Source of the DNA: a virus
Lineage: Duplodnaviria > Caudoviricetes
IMG/VR virus record: IMGVR_UViG_3300020045_005593
Location: 1 to 34,864 of that record
Strand: one strand, 5' to 3'
DNA length: 34,864 bases
The notes beneath the pieces were generated by a model. That model saw nothing but the letters and a program-made list of their open reading frames with translations, did not search any database and was not told the DNA's origin. Positions 16,472-25,067 of this stretch are shown here, piece by piece; the first letter of the stretch is position 1, and the number at the start of each line of letters is the position of its first letter. Made by a program: the position numbers and the translations under genes.

Positions 16472-17848
16472 TTATTGATTATTAATTGCCATTTCAGTTA
16501 AGCTAGGGTCATCAATTCTTTTTAAATTAGAATTAATATAAATAATAGAAGTTTCCTCGCTTTCTATTGCTTCGTAATTTATAGCCTCTCTTATTTCGTC
16601 TGGAGTTAATGGAGCTTTAACCATCCAATCAATCATTTTTGCCGTATCCGTTTGCATTTCAGGCAATTCACTAATATCAAATTCAATTACGCTTTTTTCA
16701 TACCCTTTGAATTTTTGTATAAATTCAGTATTTAAATATGATGCCAGTAAATCTAAATCAGGCTTAATGTTATCAGTTATAGAACGTTTACGCGCTTCAA
16801 TTACTCCGTCAACTCCAAATCCCGTTCCACTTTTTTCCTCGTTTAATAAGTCAATTGGCCAATTAAGACAGTTACATAAAGTACGTTTATCATTGCTTAA
16901 ATAGTCAAACGGTTTTAATTCATCTGTTGTTAATGAAATACGCGTAAAACCTAATTTAGCAGATGCACCGGCAATATTAGACAATCTACTAGATGTATTG
17001 TCCATATCTAGCAACCGTTGCTTTAAAGAATCTCCCTGTTCTGATGTTAAAGGACTTTGTCCGTCTCCGGCATGAATAAACCCATAAACACCACTATTTT
17101 GCATTGTTTTAACGTTGTTATCGATTCCGCTATTAGAACTATTTATATTCCTAATAGCTGCCATTAATTCACTATATCCGTATAAATGAGATCCGTTTTG
17201 ATTGTAAAATGGATTAGCTCGTTTAATATGAATTATACTATCTACATTGAACTTAATAAACTGATTTCCTTGTTCTAGTATATAATAATCAATAGGATTT
17301 TCAACACTTAAAGAGCTTGCATTTGATTTTAAAACTATTTGTACCCAATGCGATGGAAGTATATATAATTGCATTGGAACGCCAGCGTTCATTCCGTCTA
17401 ATGGTGACATTTTATATAAATAAACATTTCCACAAACTTTTAGATATAATTTATACAAAAATAAAATATCGTTCCATGTTTGATTGGGATTAGGACGTAA
17501 TAAAGGCATTGGCTGTTCAATATCTTTGTGTGCCTCTTTATTTAATAAATCATATTGTTTTTTCTGTACAAATGTTTTATCAATTGGTAATCTTTTTAAC
17601 TTGTTATAACTATCATCGTCTTTAATTGGTTTAATTATGTAAGGAACTGCAGTTGTTTTACTTGCCATTTGATTAACAATAGAGTTTACGTCTGGATTTT
17701 CCCCATAACCTTTAACCAAAAGAGTTTCTAAAGTGCTGTTATATGTTGTAGTTATGCCGCCTACTTGTCGATATAGTGCCTCGTTAAAGTAATTCTTATT
17801 TGGATTTAAAAAAGCATCCAACGCTAAACGGAATCTATTTACTGCCAT
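16472..17848 (-). CDS. Portal protein, HK97 family
   Basis: LLRPNPNQT, GNVYLY, LYILPSHWV, IIHIK, LYGYS, LTPDEIRE. Confidence 0.93.
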   Translation of the reverse strand: MAVNRFRLALDAFLNPNKNYFNEALYRQVGGITTTYNSTLETLLVKGYGENPDVNSIVNQMASKTTAVPYIIKPIKDDDSYNKLKRLPIDKTFVQKKQYDLLNKEAHKDIEQPMPLLRPNPNQTWNDILFLYKLYLKVCGNVYLYKMSPLDGMNAGVPMQLYILPSHWVQIVLKSNASSLSVENPIDYYILEQGNQFIKFNVDSIIHIKRANPFYNQNGSHLYGYSELMAAIRNINSSNSGIDNNVKTMQNSGVYGFIHAGDGQSPLTSEQGDSLKQRLLDMDNTSSRLSNIAGASAKLGFTRISLTTDELKPFDYLSNDKRTLCNCLNWPIDLLNEEKSGTGFGVDGVIEARKRSITDNIKPDLDLLASYLNTEFIQKFKGYEKSVIEFDISELPEMQTDTAKMIDWMVKAPLTPDEIREAINYEAIESEETSIIYINSNLKRIDDPSLTEMAINNQ

Positions 17849-17884
17849 TGTAGTTAAATTTTATGTAAATATATGTAAATTAAT

Positions 17885-19183
17885 TTAGAAAGTGAAAAAT
17901 TTAGGCGCTAATTCAAAATACATCCTAAAAGCCAAAGCATCTGAATAATCTGGAGACCTACCTATAAACTCTTTTACTTTCTCTTTTGGAACTATTCTAA
18001 GTTTACCGTCTTGATCTATTTTATCACGTTTAACTTGTTCTAATTCCTTTATAACGTCATCTTGAACCGTGCAGTCAGGACAATTTATATATACTTCATT
18101 ATTTTGTATTTTAGCGGCTAATTTATAATAACATTGCGTTTTAAGATTTTGATATTCAACTATAACATTTTCTTCTTTTAATGCTCGTGAATTATTTACA
18201 AAACCTTTACATTTTAAAATATCAATTACACCGCCCCCAACACCGTCCTCATCTGCAATAATATTGCTATTTGGCACCTTCCATTTTGTTGCTAAGCCTC
18301 GTATCGCTTCAGCCGTTTCGGTAACTGAACTTTTAGACAATGAAAATATTTCAACTACCCTAAATCCAGACCATACGCAAATAACCATTTTATCACTACC
18401 ATAACGCGCTATATCTGCACTAATATACATTTGTCCTGCTTCGACAAAATCATTCGTAAAACAGTTATTTATTTTATCGTAATCAATAAGCTTTGCGGGA
18501 TCGTTGTCATACTCCCAATTTCCATAATAAAGACGTTGTTTGCTATTTTCATCTAATGCTAATAATGATTCTAAATAAGATGGTGGTAAATTAGGATTAT
18601 CAGTAGGTAATGACTGAATAAATTTTTTAGTATCACTTATAGTTCCATTTGAGTTTGGAATATAAAACTTTGAATAAGTCCAGTTTTTAGCCGGGTTACA
18701 GCTACCTAATATTTTAGGAATAAGGTTAAATTCATTCAATTTATAACGAATACGTGACGTTACAATTTGCCATGCTTTATAACTTATTTGATTGCACTCA
18801 TCTATAAACGCCCCTGTAATCTCTAACGATCCTAAGCTGTCAAAATTAGGGTCAGCAGGATATGAATATAAATCTTTAAGTAAAATTTCGCTGCCATTAT
18901 TCCAATAGATAACTCCATTTTGTCCATTAAAAGTAAATTGATCTGTTATCTTGAGCTGTGAGGCTAAATCAAAGAAAGTGTTTAAAGTGGTTTCTTTGAG
19001 TGTTTTTAGCTTTGCCCTTCCCATTAACCAACGAGTACCGGGATAGTTTTGACATTGTTCGATTAACCATAAAACACCTAATGCAGACTTACCACCTCCA
19101 GCAGCTCCACCGTAAAGAATTTCTTTGGTTGTGCTGTCTTTTAGATAATAAACAGCGTGTTCTTGTTTAGGTATTAGTTTCAT
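17885..19183 (-). CDS. terL: Terminase large subunit
   Basis: Walker A YGGAAGGGKS, Walker B AFIDE, CNP coupling motif, nuclease motifs ADIARYGSD and SPDYSDA. Confidence 0.95.
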   Translation of the reverse strand: MKLIPKQEHAVYYLKDSTTKEILYGGAAGGGKSALGVLWLIEQCQNYPGTRWLMGRAKLKTLKETTLNTFFDLASQLKITDQFTFNGQNGVIYWNNGSEILLKDLYSYPADPNFDSLGSLEITGAFIDECNQISYKAWQIVTSRIRYKLNEFNLIPKILGSCNPAKNWTYSKFYIPNSNGTISDTKKFIQSLPTDNPNLPPSYLESLLALDENSKQRLYYGNWEYDNDPAKLIDYDKINNCFTNDFVEAGQMYISADIARYGSDKMVICVWSGFRVVEIFSLSKSSVTETAEAIRGLATKWKVPNSNIIADEDGVGGGVIDILKCKGFVNNSRALKEENVIVEYQNLKTQCYYKLAAKIQNNEVYINCPDCTVQDDVIKELEQVKRDKIDQDGKLRIVPKEKVKEFIGRSPDYSDALAFRMYFELAPKFFTF

Positions 19184-19595
19184 TTGGATTTATTCCTGTT
19201 CCTAACGAAATAATTGTGGATTTTATTTCGCCTGAATGTTCAGTTTGAATTTTGTCACCGTATTTTTTAGGGTTTAGTTTAGATAACTCCCATTTTTTAG
19301 AATCTATTTTTAACCTTTGTAATTGTACCCAAGCAGAATCAATGCGTCCTGTTTCCGGATCTCTTTGTGGTTCTTCTAAATAATCTTTTTCAATACTATC
19401 AAACTTTAATTCAGTTCTTTCGTTAGTTGCTCGCGCGTATTGTTTTGATTTTTCTTCATCTTCTTCTATCCAAATAAAGAAAGTACTTGAAGATAATTTT
19501 ACTTCTTTTAAAGCATAACGCAAAGACTTACCACTTTCGATTATATCAAAAACGGTATTAAATATAGTTTCTTTATCTTCTTGTGAATATGCCAT
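19167..19595 (-). CDS. terS: Terminase small subunit
   Basis: N-terminal HTH (GKSLR...STFFIW), RLKIDSKKWELSKLNPKKYGDK; overlaps terL. Confidence 0.92.
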   Translation of the reverse strand: MAYSQEDKETIFNTVFDIIESGKSLRYALKEVKLSSSTFFIWIEEDEEKSKQYARATNERTELKFDSIEKDYLEEPQRDPETGRIDSAWVQLQRLKIDSKKWELSKLNPKKYGDKIQTEHSGEIKSTIISLGTGINPNETNT

Positions 19596-19613
19596 ATTCT
19601 ATATAAAAAATTG

Positions 19614-19685
19614 TGGAGAATAAAGGAATCGAACCTTTGACCTCTGCCACCTTAGGCAGCGCACCACCGACTGTGCTAATTCCCC
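19614..19685 (-). tRNA. tRNA-Ala-like RNA with non-canonical 6-nt anticodon loop
   Basis: GGGGAAT TA GCAC AGTCGGTG GTGC G CTGCC TAAGGT GGCAG AGGTC AAAGG TTCGATT CCTTT ATTCTCC A. All four stems pair; G3:U70 and A73 present; followed by CAA, not CCA. Confidence 0.8.
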
Positions 19686-19689
19686 TTTT

Positions 19690-19727
19690 AAAAAACCGCT
19701 TCTAACTCTATATCCGAAAGAAGCGGT
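19690..19727 (-). terminator. Terminator-like hairpin upstream of the tRNA-like gene and terS
   Basis: ACCGCTTCT...AGAAGCGGT followed by a U tract on the minus strand. Confidence 0.6.
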
Positions 19728-19760
19728 AAAAATTATATTAATTATGAAATGTAAAGATAA

Positions 19761-20117
19761 TCATTTTATTTGTAATTCCTCACCTGTTAATGCAAAATAT
19801 AAATTTTGTAGTTGGTGGACGTGTTTAATTATTCTTCCATTTTTATCACACATAAATAAATCGTTGCATTTCCAAATTAAATGACCTGGTATTGCATAGT
19901 GATTTTCTGTTATTAAATCATACCCAAACTTCAATAACCATTCTTCTGTCAGTGGAATTTGTTTTGGAGAATGTTTTTCTGTTAATTTTCTTTCAAATCC
20001 TATACTATTTGTAAAATATCCAAGTTCTATATTTTCATTCCTTTTTATTTCCAAAACAATTACTATTTGTCCGTAATAATCTAAAATATTGCCCTGTCTT
20101 AGTTCTGTGCTTTTCAT
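19761..20117 (-). CDS. Hypothetical phage protein (ELR.GN...IPLTEEWL...VHQLQNLYFALTGEEL type)
   Basis: 118-aa ORF with a motif pattern recurrent in Bacteroidota phages, as recalled. Confidence 0.75.
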   Translation of the reverse strand: MKSTELRQGNILDYYGQIVIVLEIKRNENIELGYFTNSIGFERKLTEKHSPKQIPLTEEWLLKFGYDLITENHYAIPGHLIWKCNDLFMCDKNGRIIKHVHQLQNLYFALTGEELQIK

Positions 20118-20206
20118 AATGAGTATTTTATATAAAGTGATTTTGCGTTTATTTTTTGATTAATGTTTAGACTTATGTAGTCTTCGTGTAACAATAGATA
20201 TTTCAT
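20114..20206 (-). CDS. Possible 30-aa ORF
   Basis: MKYLLLHEDYISLNINQKINAKSLYIKYSL with ATGA overlap; TAACTTTG promoter element at 20245-20252. Confidence 0.4.
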   Translation of the reverse strand: MKYLLLHEDYISLNINQKINAKSLYIKYSL

Positions 20207-20252
20207 AATTTTATTTATTTGAATTGTTAAGTATTATTTGCTTTCAAAGTTA

Positions 20253-20500
20253 TAGGTATTATATGCCCTATTATATAGGGGCATAAATACCGATAGACGT
20301 TTGCATATTTGACGGTATTATAATTGGTTTTATTAAGAATACCGATGTTATTTATGTTAATTGTTTGCATTATTATTATTTTTATGTTAAAACTATATGT
20401 ATTGTAATTAAAATAATTAGAATACCGAGCGAACTATCTTACAAATATGAGTATTTTTATATGTATCGCAATTATTTATAATTAAAATACCTATACCGAT
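20253..20500. repeat. Iteron-like (A/T)ATACC(G/T)A repeats in AT-rich DNA; putative replication origin
   Basis: Direct copies at 20286, 20338, 20421, 20486 and 20492; inverted copies at 20253 and 20313; hairpin TATGCCCTA..TAGGGGCATA at about 20262-20285. Confidence 0.6.
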
Positions 20501-20515
20501 ACTAAAGAAGTTTTC

Positions 20516-21583
20516 CTACTCTTTGAAGTCGTGAATGAAATAATTTCCACGTGTACCGTCTTGTACTATCCAAGTCATTTCTTTGCAATATTTAATCAAT
20601 TCTTTAATTTTAACATCTCCAATCGTTCCATATTGGTGTATGTGAATTTCTTTTAAACGCTCCATTAAAACAGTGTATCCAATTCCATTACCTTTGTATA
20701 GTCCAGTGAATATTTCTAGCAACATTCCGTATTTTTCATAATTTTTCAATGCTTTTTGAACTTTTCTTCCTGCTTTTGGTTCTTGATAGCATTCTAATTG
20801 TATCGTTGGTATTCCTTCGATAATTTCAAAACTCCAATTATCAGGCTTTTTATTACGTGTTGCCAAAGTTTCTACTAATTTCACAGACTCTTCTTCTTTT
20901 GATGACGATATTTGTATTACCGTTTCTGATTTATTTGTGAGTATAGTTCCAAGATGACCGCGCATTTTTTCTGACTGGCTCGGGTTTTGATGCAACACAT
21001 TTATAATATGAATATCGCGCTCGGTTGCCCACTTACGTAAATTATCAACCATATTTGCACTCTCTCTAATATCGTTAGTATCATAAACCAAATCGGCTAT
21101 GCCATCGATAATACAAACACCTACATCTTCCATAGCATATAATAGTGTTTCGGTTGCATTACATCGTTTTTCAGTACTTAAAGCATCAAAGTTGAACATC
21201 AATACGTTTTCTAATTTTTCGTTGCTTATAACGGTTTTTATTCGTTGCAAGATTAATGAAATGTGGTATTTACTTTGCTCGGTATCAATATAGATAATTT
21301 TATCTTTTCCTTTTTGAAGGTATGATGATAACACGCCTTGAAATTCGCCTTTGTTTAATATTGCTTCATTAATCAAAGTCATCAAGAAAGTTTTACCAAC
21401 CTTTGCTTTTCCGGTCACGCATGAAATGTTTTGCCTAGACATAACCATTTGATTATTGAAAAATAAAACGGCATCAGGTTTCGGTATTTCATCTGTTGGT
21501 AAAATTCTATATTTCAGAATTTCAGACAACGCCATTTTTACGTCTGGAATCTTTTTATCGTCTAAAGGGATTTCTTGAAACAT
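20516..21583 (-). CDS. RecA-like AAA ATPase (AAA_25 / RepA-type replicative helicase)
   Basis: Walker A GKAKVGKT, YIDTEQ, Walker B CIIDG, VLHQN...RGHLG; winged-helix-like C-terminus. Confidence 0.85.
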   Translation of the reverse strand: MFQEIPLDDKKIPDVKMALSEILKYRILPTDEIPKPDAVLFFNNQMVMSRQNISCVTGKAKVGKTFLMTLINEAILNKGEFQGVLSSYLQKGKDKIIYIDTEQSKYHISLILQRIKTVISNEKLENVLMFNFDALSTEKRCNATETLLYAMEDVGVCIIDGIADLVYDTNDIRESANMVDNLRKWATERDIHIINVLHQNPSQSEKMRGHLGTILTNKSETVIQISSSKEEESVKLVETLATRNKKPDNWSFEIIEGIPTIQLECYQEPKAGRKVQKALKNYEKYGMLLEIFTGLYKGNGIGYTVLMERLKEIHIHQYGTIGDVKIKELIKYCKEMTWIVQDGTRGNYFIHDFKE

Positions 21584-22053
21584 AGAATTGATTGGTTTAC
21601 AGTATTAGTAAAATGTGCGGTTACGGTGTCTAAGTCCCAAGTGTCCATAGTTTCTTTTAATTGCGAAGCATCGATGGACGGAAATAAATGTTTGTAGTTT
21701 TTATGGTTAATTTCATTTAACAACGGATCTACAACTCCTTTTGATTTGAAGTAATTTTGCATTTCCATTTGGTTTAACTGCAAACGTAGTAACTCTAAAT
21801 GATACCCAATAGGATGAGATAATTCTTTATTTATTTGAACATTCGCAAAGTCAACATCTTGATAGTGTTTTATAAAATCAGTCAAAACAATAGCGTATAA
21901 TTTAGCAAATAAATAATGCTCGTTTACGGTTGCTGTTGCGTTGCTGTTTAGGTCGTGAATTACTTTGTTTAGTGCTATTTTGTCGGTTTCATTTGGTTTG
22001 TGACTTTTTGAAATTGTATAGCTTAGACGGGAAATTGCATCTTGGATTTTCAT
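21562..22053 (-). CDS. Hypothetical protein in the replication module
   Basis: 163-aa ORF overlapping the AAA gene. Confidence 0.7.
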   Translation of the reverse strand: MKIQDAISRLSYTISKSHKPNETDKIALNKVIHDLNSNATATVNEHYLFAKLYAIVLTDFIKHYQDVDFANVQINKELSHPIGYHLELLRLQLNQMEMQNYFKSKGVVDPLLNEINHKNYKHLFPSIDASQLKETMDTWDLDTVTAHFTNTVNQSILCFKKSL

Positions 22054-22211
22054 AATTTTGAAATATGAGTTACTTCGCTAATTTTCCAGTTATGCCATTT
22101 CAAACGCGCGTCAAGTGTAGGGCGCGTAATTCCTATTTCTTTTGCGACTTCATCTTTTGTCGATGATGAAATTCGTTTCAATACTTTTTGAGTGCATTCA
22201 TATTTTGTCAT
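22050..22211 (-). CDS. Small Cro-like HTH protein (53 aa)
   Basis: TKDEVAKEIGITRPTLDARL; ATGA overlap. Not in the ORF track. Confidence 0.75.
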   Translation of the reverse strand: MTKYECTQKVLKRISSSTKDEVAKEIGITRPTLDARLKWHNWKISEVTHISKL

Positions 22212-22220
22212 AATTTTTAT

Positions 22221-22433
22221 TTAAAAAGGTAAATCATCATTGTCTGGACGGCAATCTTTTATCGTAAATTCATTTACTTCAAAAGATTTTAAAGAGCATA
22301 AAACAAATGCTTTTTTATTATATAGTTTTGCTAATCGTTTAGCTTCGTTTTCAGCTAATTCAATAACTGAATACCTTACTGTTGGCGTTCTTTCTCCTTC
22401 AAGAAACACCATAAAGAAATGTGGATTTGTCAT
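22221..22433 (-). CDS. Small protein ending in DDLPF
   Basis: 70 aa; AENEAKRLA motif; acidic SSB-like tail NDDLPF. Confidence 0.7.
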   Translation of the reverse strand: MTNPHFFMVFLEGERTPTVRYSVIELAENEAKRLAKLYNKKAFVLCSLKSFEVNEFTIKDCRPDNDDLPF

Positions 22434-22465
22434 AATTTGTAAATTTTTTTACGTTAATAAATATT

Positions 22466-22492
22466 AAAAAACCACTCGCTTTGAATGGTTTT
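22466..22492 (-). terminator. Intrinsic terminator
   Basis: ACCATTC-AAAGC-GAGTGGT followed by U tract. Confidence 0.6.
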
Positions 22493-22502
22493 GTAAATGT
22501 AG

Positions 22503-22928
22503 TTATTCTTTTCCTAATAACCAAGGTAAATGATTATTTATTTGTAGCTGGAAATCAATAAGCGAACGAACCAATAAATATCTACTATTCAATAATTCAA
22601 CACGGATTTGCATTTTTATTTGTGCCTCAGATTGTTTACCTATTTCAGTCTTAACCTCAACGCTTAAAACCCGTCCATGCATTCCCTCAATTTTCAAATC
22701 AGAAACCCCAGCCAACATTCCGATTTTAACGTGCAACTGATTAATTTTTGATATTTCATTTTGCACCCACTTTTTCCATACTGCTGGCATTTTTGGATCT
22801 ATGTTTATTCCAAAACCATTAGTAACCGCATAAATAATTAATGACGGGTTATGATGTTTTAAACAATATTTGTTATTAAAATCATTATAAATTGATTGTT
22901 GAATAACCGCCTCTGGTGTATCTTTCAT
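22503..22928 (-). CDS. VRR-NUC family nuclease
   Basis: E..IQ, GMLAGVSDL, VEVKT..GKQSEAQ, LVRS. Confidence 0.85.
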   Translation of the reverse strand: MKDTPEAVIQQSIYNDFNNKYCLKHHNPSLIIYAVTNGFGINIDPKMPAVWKKWVQNEISKINQLHVKIGMLAGVSDLKIEGMHGRVLSVEVKTEIGKQSEAQIKMQIRVELLNSRYLLVRSLIDFQLQINNHLPWLLGKE

Positions 22929-24592
22929 AATTTTTTTATTATGGTTATTGGAATAATTTCAGTTATTTTATAATGCGTGTCCAATTTCGACTTAACCGAC
23001 TTCAATAAATTATCAAATGTACGCATACTTTTTCTATCGAATGAAACCGCAAAAGTTTTCATTGGTTTTCCAAAAATTCCTTTTATTGAATCGTGAAATT
23101 GTCCATTACTCAATGACTTTAGATAACTCGCTTTTGTTACATATCGATAAATAAATAAATCAACTGTTTGATTAATAAGTATAGTGTATGCGAACGATAA
23201 ATCTTTTTTATTACGTCTGGCATATTTAACAATTTTACCCCCGTCTGGTAATGGATAATCATCAATTAACACGGCAACTGCGTTTGATAATTGTTGTTTT
23301 TGGAAATATACAACTTTTTCAAAGCCACATTCTGGGCATTGTAATAGGGATTTAGAATGTATCATTCCGCATTCTGTACATTGAATTACATTTTCTAAAG
23401 CTTCTTTTTTTGGTTTTGGTTTTTCATTTGTTCCGTAAAAATATGCTTCCCAGTCTACGAAATCCTGCCATTTTCCGTGAGCTTCGATGTTTCCTCCTAA
23501 GTCAATTAATTTAAATGTTTCTTTATAAATATCGTCACACACACGGCCACCACGCCCAACCATTTGATGATATAATGAAATTGATTTAGTCGCTCTATTC
23601 AAAATTATTGATTGTATAGTTGGTTCGTCAAATCCAGTTGTAAGGATGCTGCAATTCAATAATATTGCGTCAGGTGTATTTTTAAACCAATCTAAAATTG
23701 AATTTTGAGAATCGCACTCGTTTACACTATCAAATAATTTAACATTTGTATATCCGGAATCAATAAACTGATTATAAACCGCTAAATTCGTTTTTGTGGA
23801 ACTATTGAAAATTAATGTTTTTTCATTTTTACAAAGCTGTTCATATTGCAAAACAACGTTTGCTACTGCATTTTCACTCGCAAATTCCTCATCATCATAA
23901 TCGTTGGTTTTTGCATCAACTTTTAAATCTTTATGATGCACTTTTCCAAAATCATAATTTAAAGGAGTAACTAAGCGGTTGGTGTCAATTAACGTTTGAA
24001 TTGAAGTTCCAATTATTATATGTTCGTAAATTTCCGATAGCGTGAAAGTTCTTGAATACTCAAACATTTCAACATTACAACAAATATCAATAGTATCGGA
24101 TATTTTACCGCATCGAGTACATTTACAAAACGATACTTTTTTTAATACTGCTGGAGTTCCTGAAACGGCCAATATTTTAACTGATGGAAAATACTCGAAT
24201 ACCTCAGAAAAAAGTAATAAATGTGCTTCATCGCAAATAATCAAACCAATTTCTTTTACAAATTCAGGATCTATTTTTAATCGGTTAATCAATGTGCGTA
24301 CCATTGCCACGTATGACTTTGATAAGTGATTGAGTGACTTTTTAGAAGCTACAACCGTTTCAACTGTCATTCCTATTTTACGTAACGTTGTTGCGGACTG
24401 TTTAACTAAAATATCTCTATGCACTACAATTAATGATTTTTGGTTTGTTTCCAAATACCATTGTTTAGCGATAAATGAAAATATTGCAGTTTTACCCCCA
24501 CCCGTTGGAAGTTGGTATAATAAACGGTTTCTGTTTTTTAGTTCGCTTATTATTGCGTTGATTGAAATTTCTTGGTCTGGGAATGGTGTCAT
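22925..24592 (-). CDS. SF2 DEAH helicase with Zn ribbons (RadD/YejH-like)
   Basis: LPTGGGKT, DEAH, SGTP, LTTGFDEP, QMVGRGGR, CxxC pairs. Confidence 0.92.
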   Translation of the reverse strand: MTPFPDQEISINAIISELKNRNRLLYQLPTGGGKTAIFSFIAKQWYLETNQKSLIVVHRDILVKQSATTLRKIGMTVETVVASKKSLNHLSKSYVAMVRTLINRLKIDPEFVKEIGLIICDEAHLLLFSEVFEYFPSVKILAVSGTPAVLKKVSFCKCTRCGKISDTIDICCNVEMFEYSRTFTLSEIYEHIIIGTSIQTLIDTNRLVTPLNYDFGKVHHKDLKVDAKTNDYDDEEFASENAVANVVLQYEQLCKNEKTLIFNSSTKTNLAVYNQFIDSGYTNVKLFDSVNECDSQNSILDWFKNTPDAILLNCSILTTGFDEPTIQSIILNRATKSISLYHQMVGRGGRVCDDIYKETFKLIDLGGNIEAHGKWQDFVDWEAYFYGTNEKPKPKKEALENVIQCTECGMIHSKSLLQCPECGFEKVVYFQKQQLSNAVAVLIDDYPLPDGGKIVKYARRNKKDLSFAYTILINQTVDLFIYRYVTKASYLKSLSNGQFHDSIKGIFGKPMKTFAVSFDRKSMRTFDNLLKSVKSKLDTHYKITEIIPITIIKKL

Positions 24593-24600
24593 AATATTAA

Positions 24601-24700
24601 AAACAAAACCCGATTAAATCAAGGCTTCCACTCCTATCATCTTTCGGGTTGTTTAACGATGTTTCACGTTTTTATCTTTCTGTAGGTGGAAGTTCTACAG
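24601..24700 (-). ncRNA. Structured leader: two hairpins with complementary loops
   Basis: CUGUAG-AACUUCCAC-CUACAG and AACCCGA-..GUGGAAG..-UCGGGUU plus U tract; promoter TATATTTG at 24703-24710. Confidence 0.6.
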
Positions 24701-24714
24701 TTCAAATATACGAA

Positions 24715-25056
24715 TTAAATCAATATCTTATTAAAAAAACTCATTCCTTTTTCTTTAGCAATTTCTTTATTGTCGTAGAATCGTTTAGCAAAATCACTAA
24801 ATAAAACCAATTCAGATATATCCATTTTACCAATTGTTTCTGCAAGTTCAGCAGTTTTTTGACAAATGTTAATAGACATTTCAGGCTCTAATTTATACAC
24901 TTTTGCGTATTCTTGAGATAGGTCTTTCTCGGCTGCTTTTCTTAATGCGTTTGCGTGCATTTTAATCTCTCTTTTTATTGGATATTGGTCGATAAATTCG
25001 CATAATACTTGAAGTTGTATTGTAAGTTCGAGGCTATTTTTTAGTGGGTTTTTCAT
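24715..25056 (-). CDS. Hypothetical protein
   Basis: Likely start MKNPLK at 25056. Confidence 0.65.
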   Translation of the reverse strand: MKNPLKNSLELTIQLQVLCEFIDQYPIKREIKMHANALRKAAEKDLSQEYAKVYKLEPEMSINICQKTAELAETIGKMDISELVLFSDFAKRFYDNKEIAKEKGMSFFNKILI

Positions 25057-25067
25057 AATTTTATTGT

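Noticed and set aside
19645-19660. tRNA-like RNA as a UGA suppressor explaining tail tube readthrough
   Set aside because: The loop UAAGGU contains no UCA.
20253-20500. CRISPR-like mini-array
   Set aside because: Repeats are only 8-9 nt, irregularly spaced and in both orientations; no cas genes.
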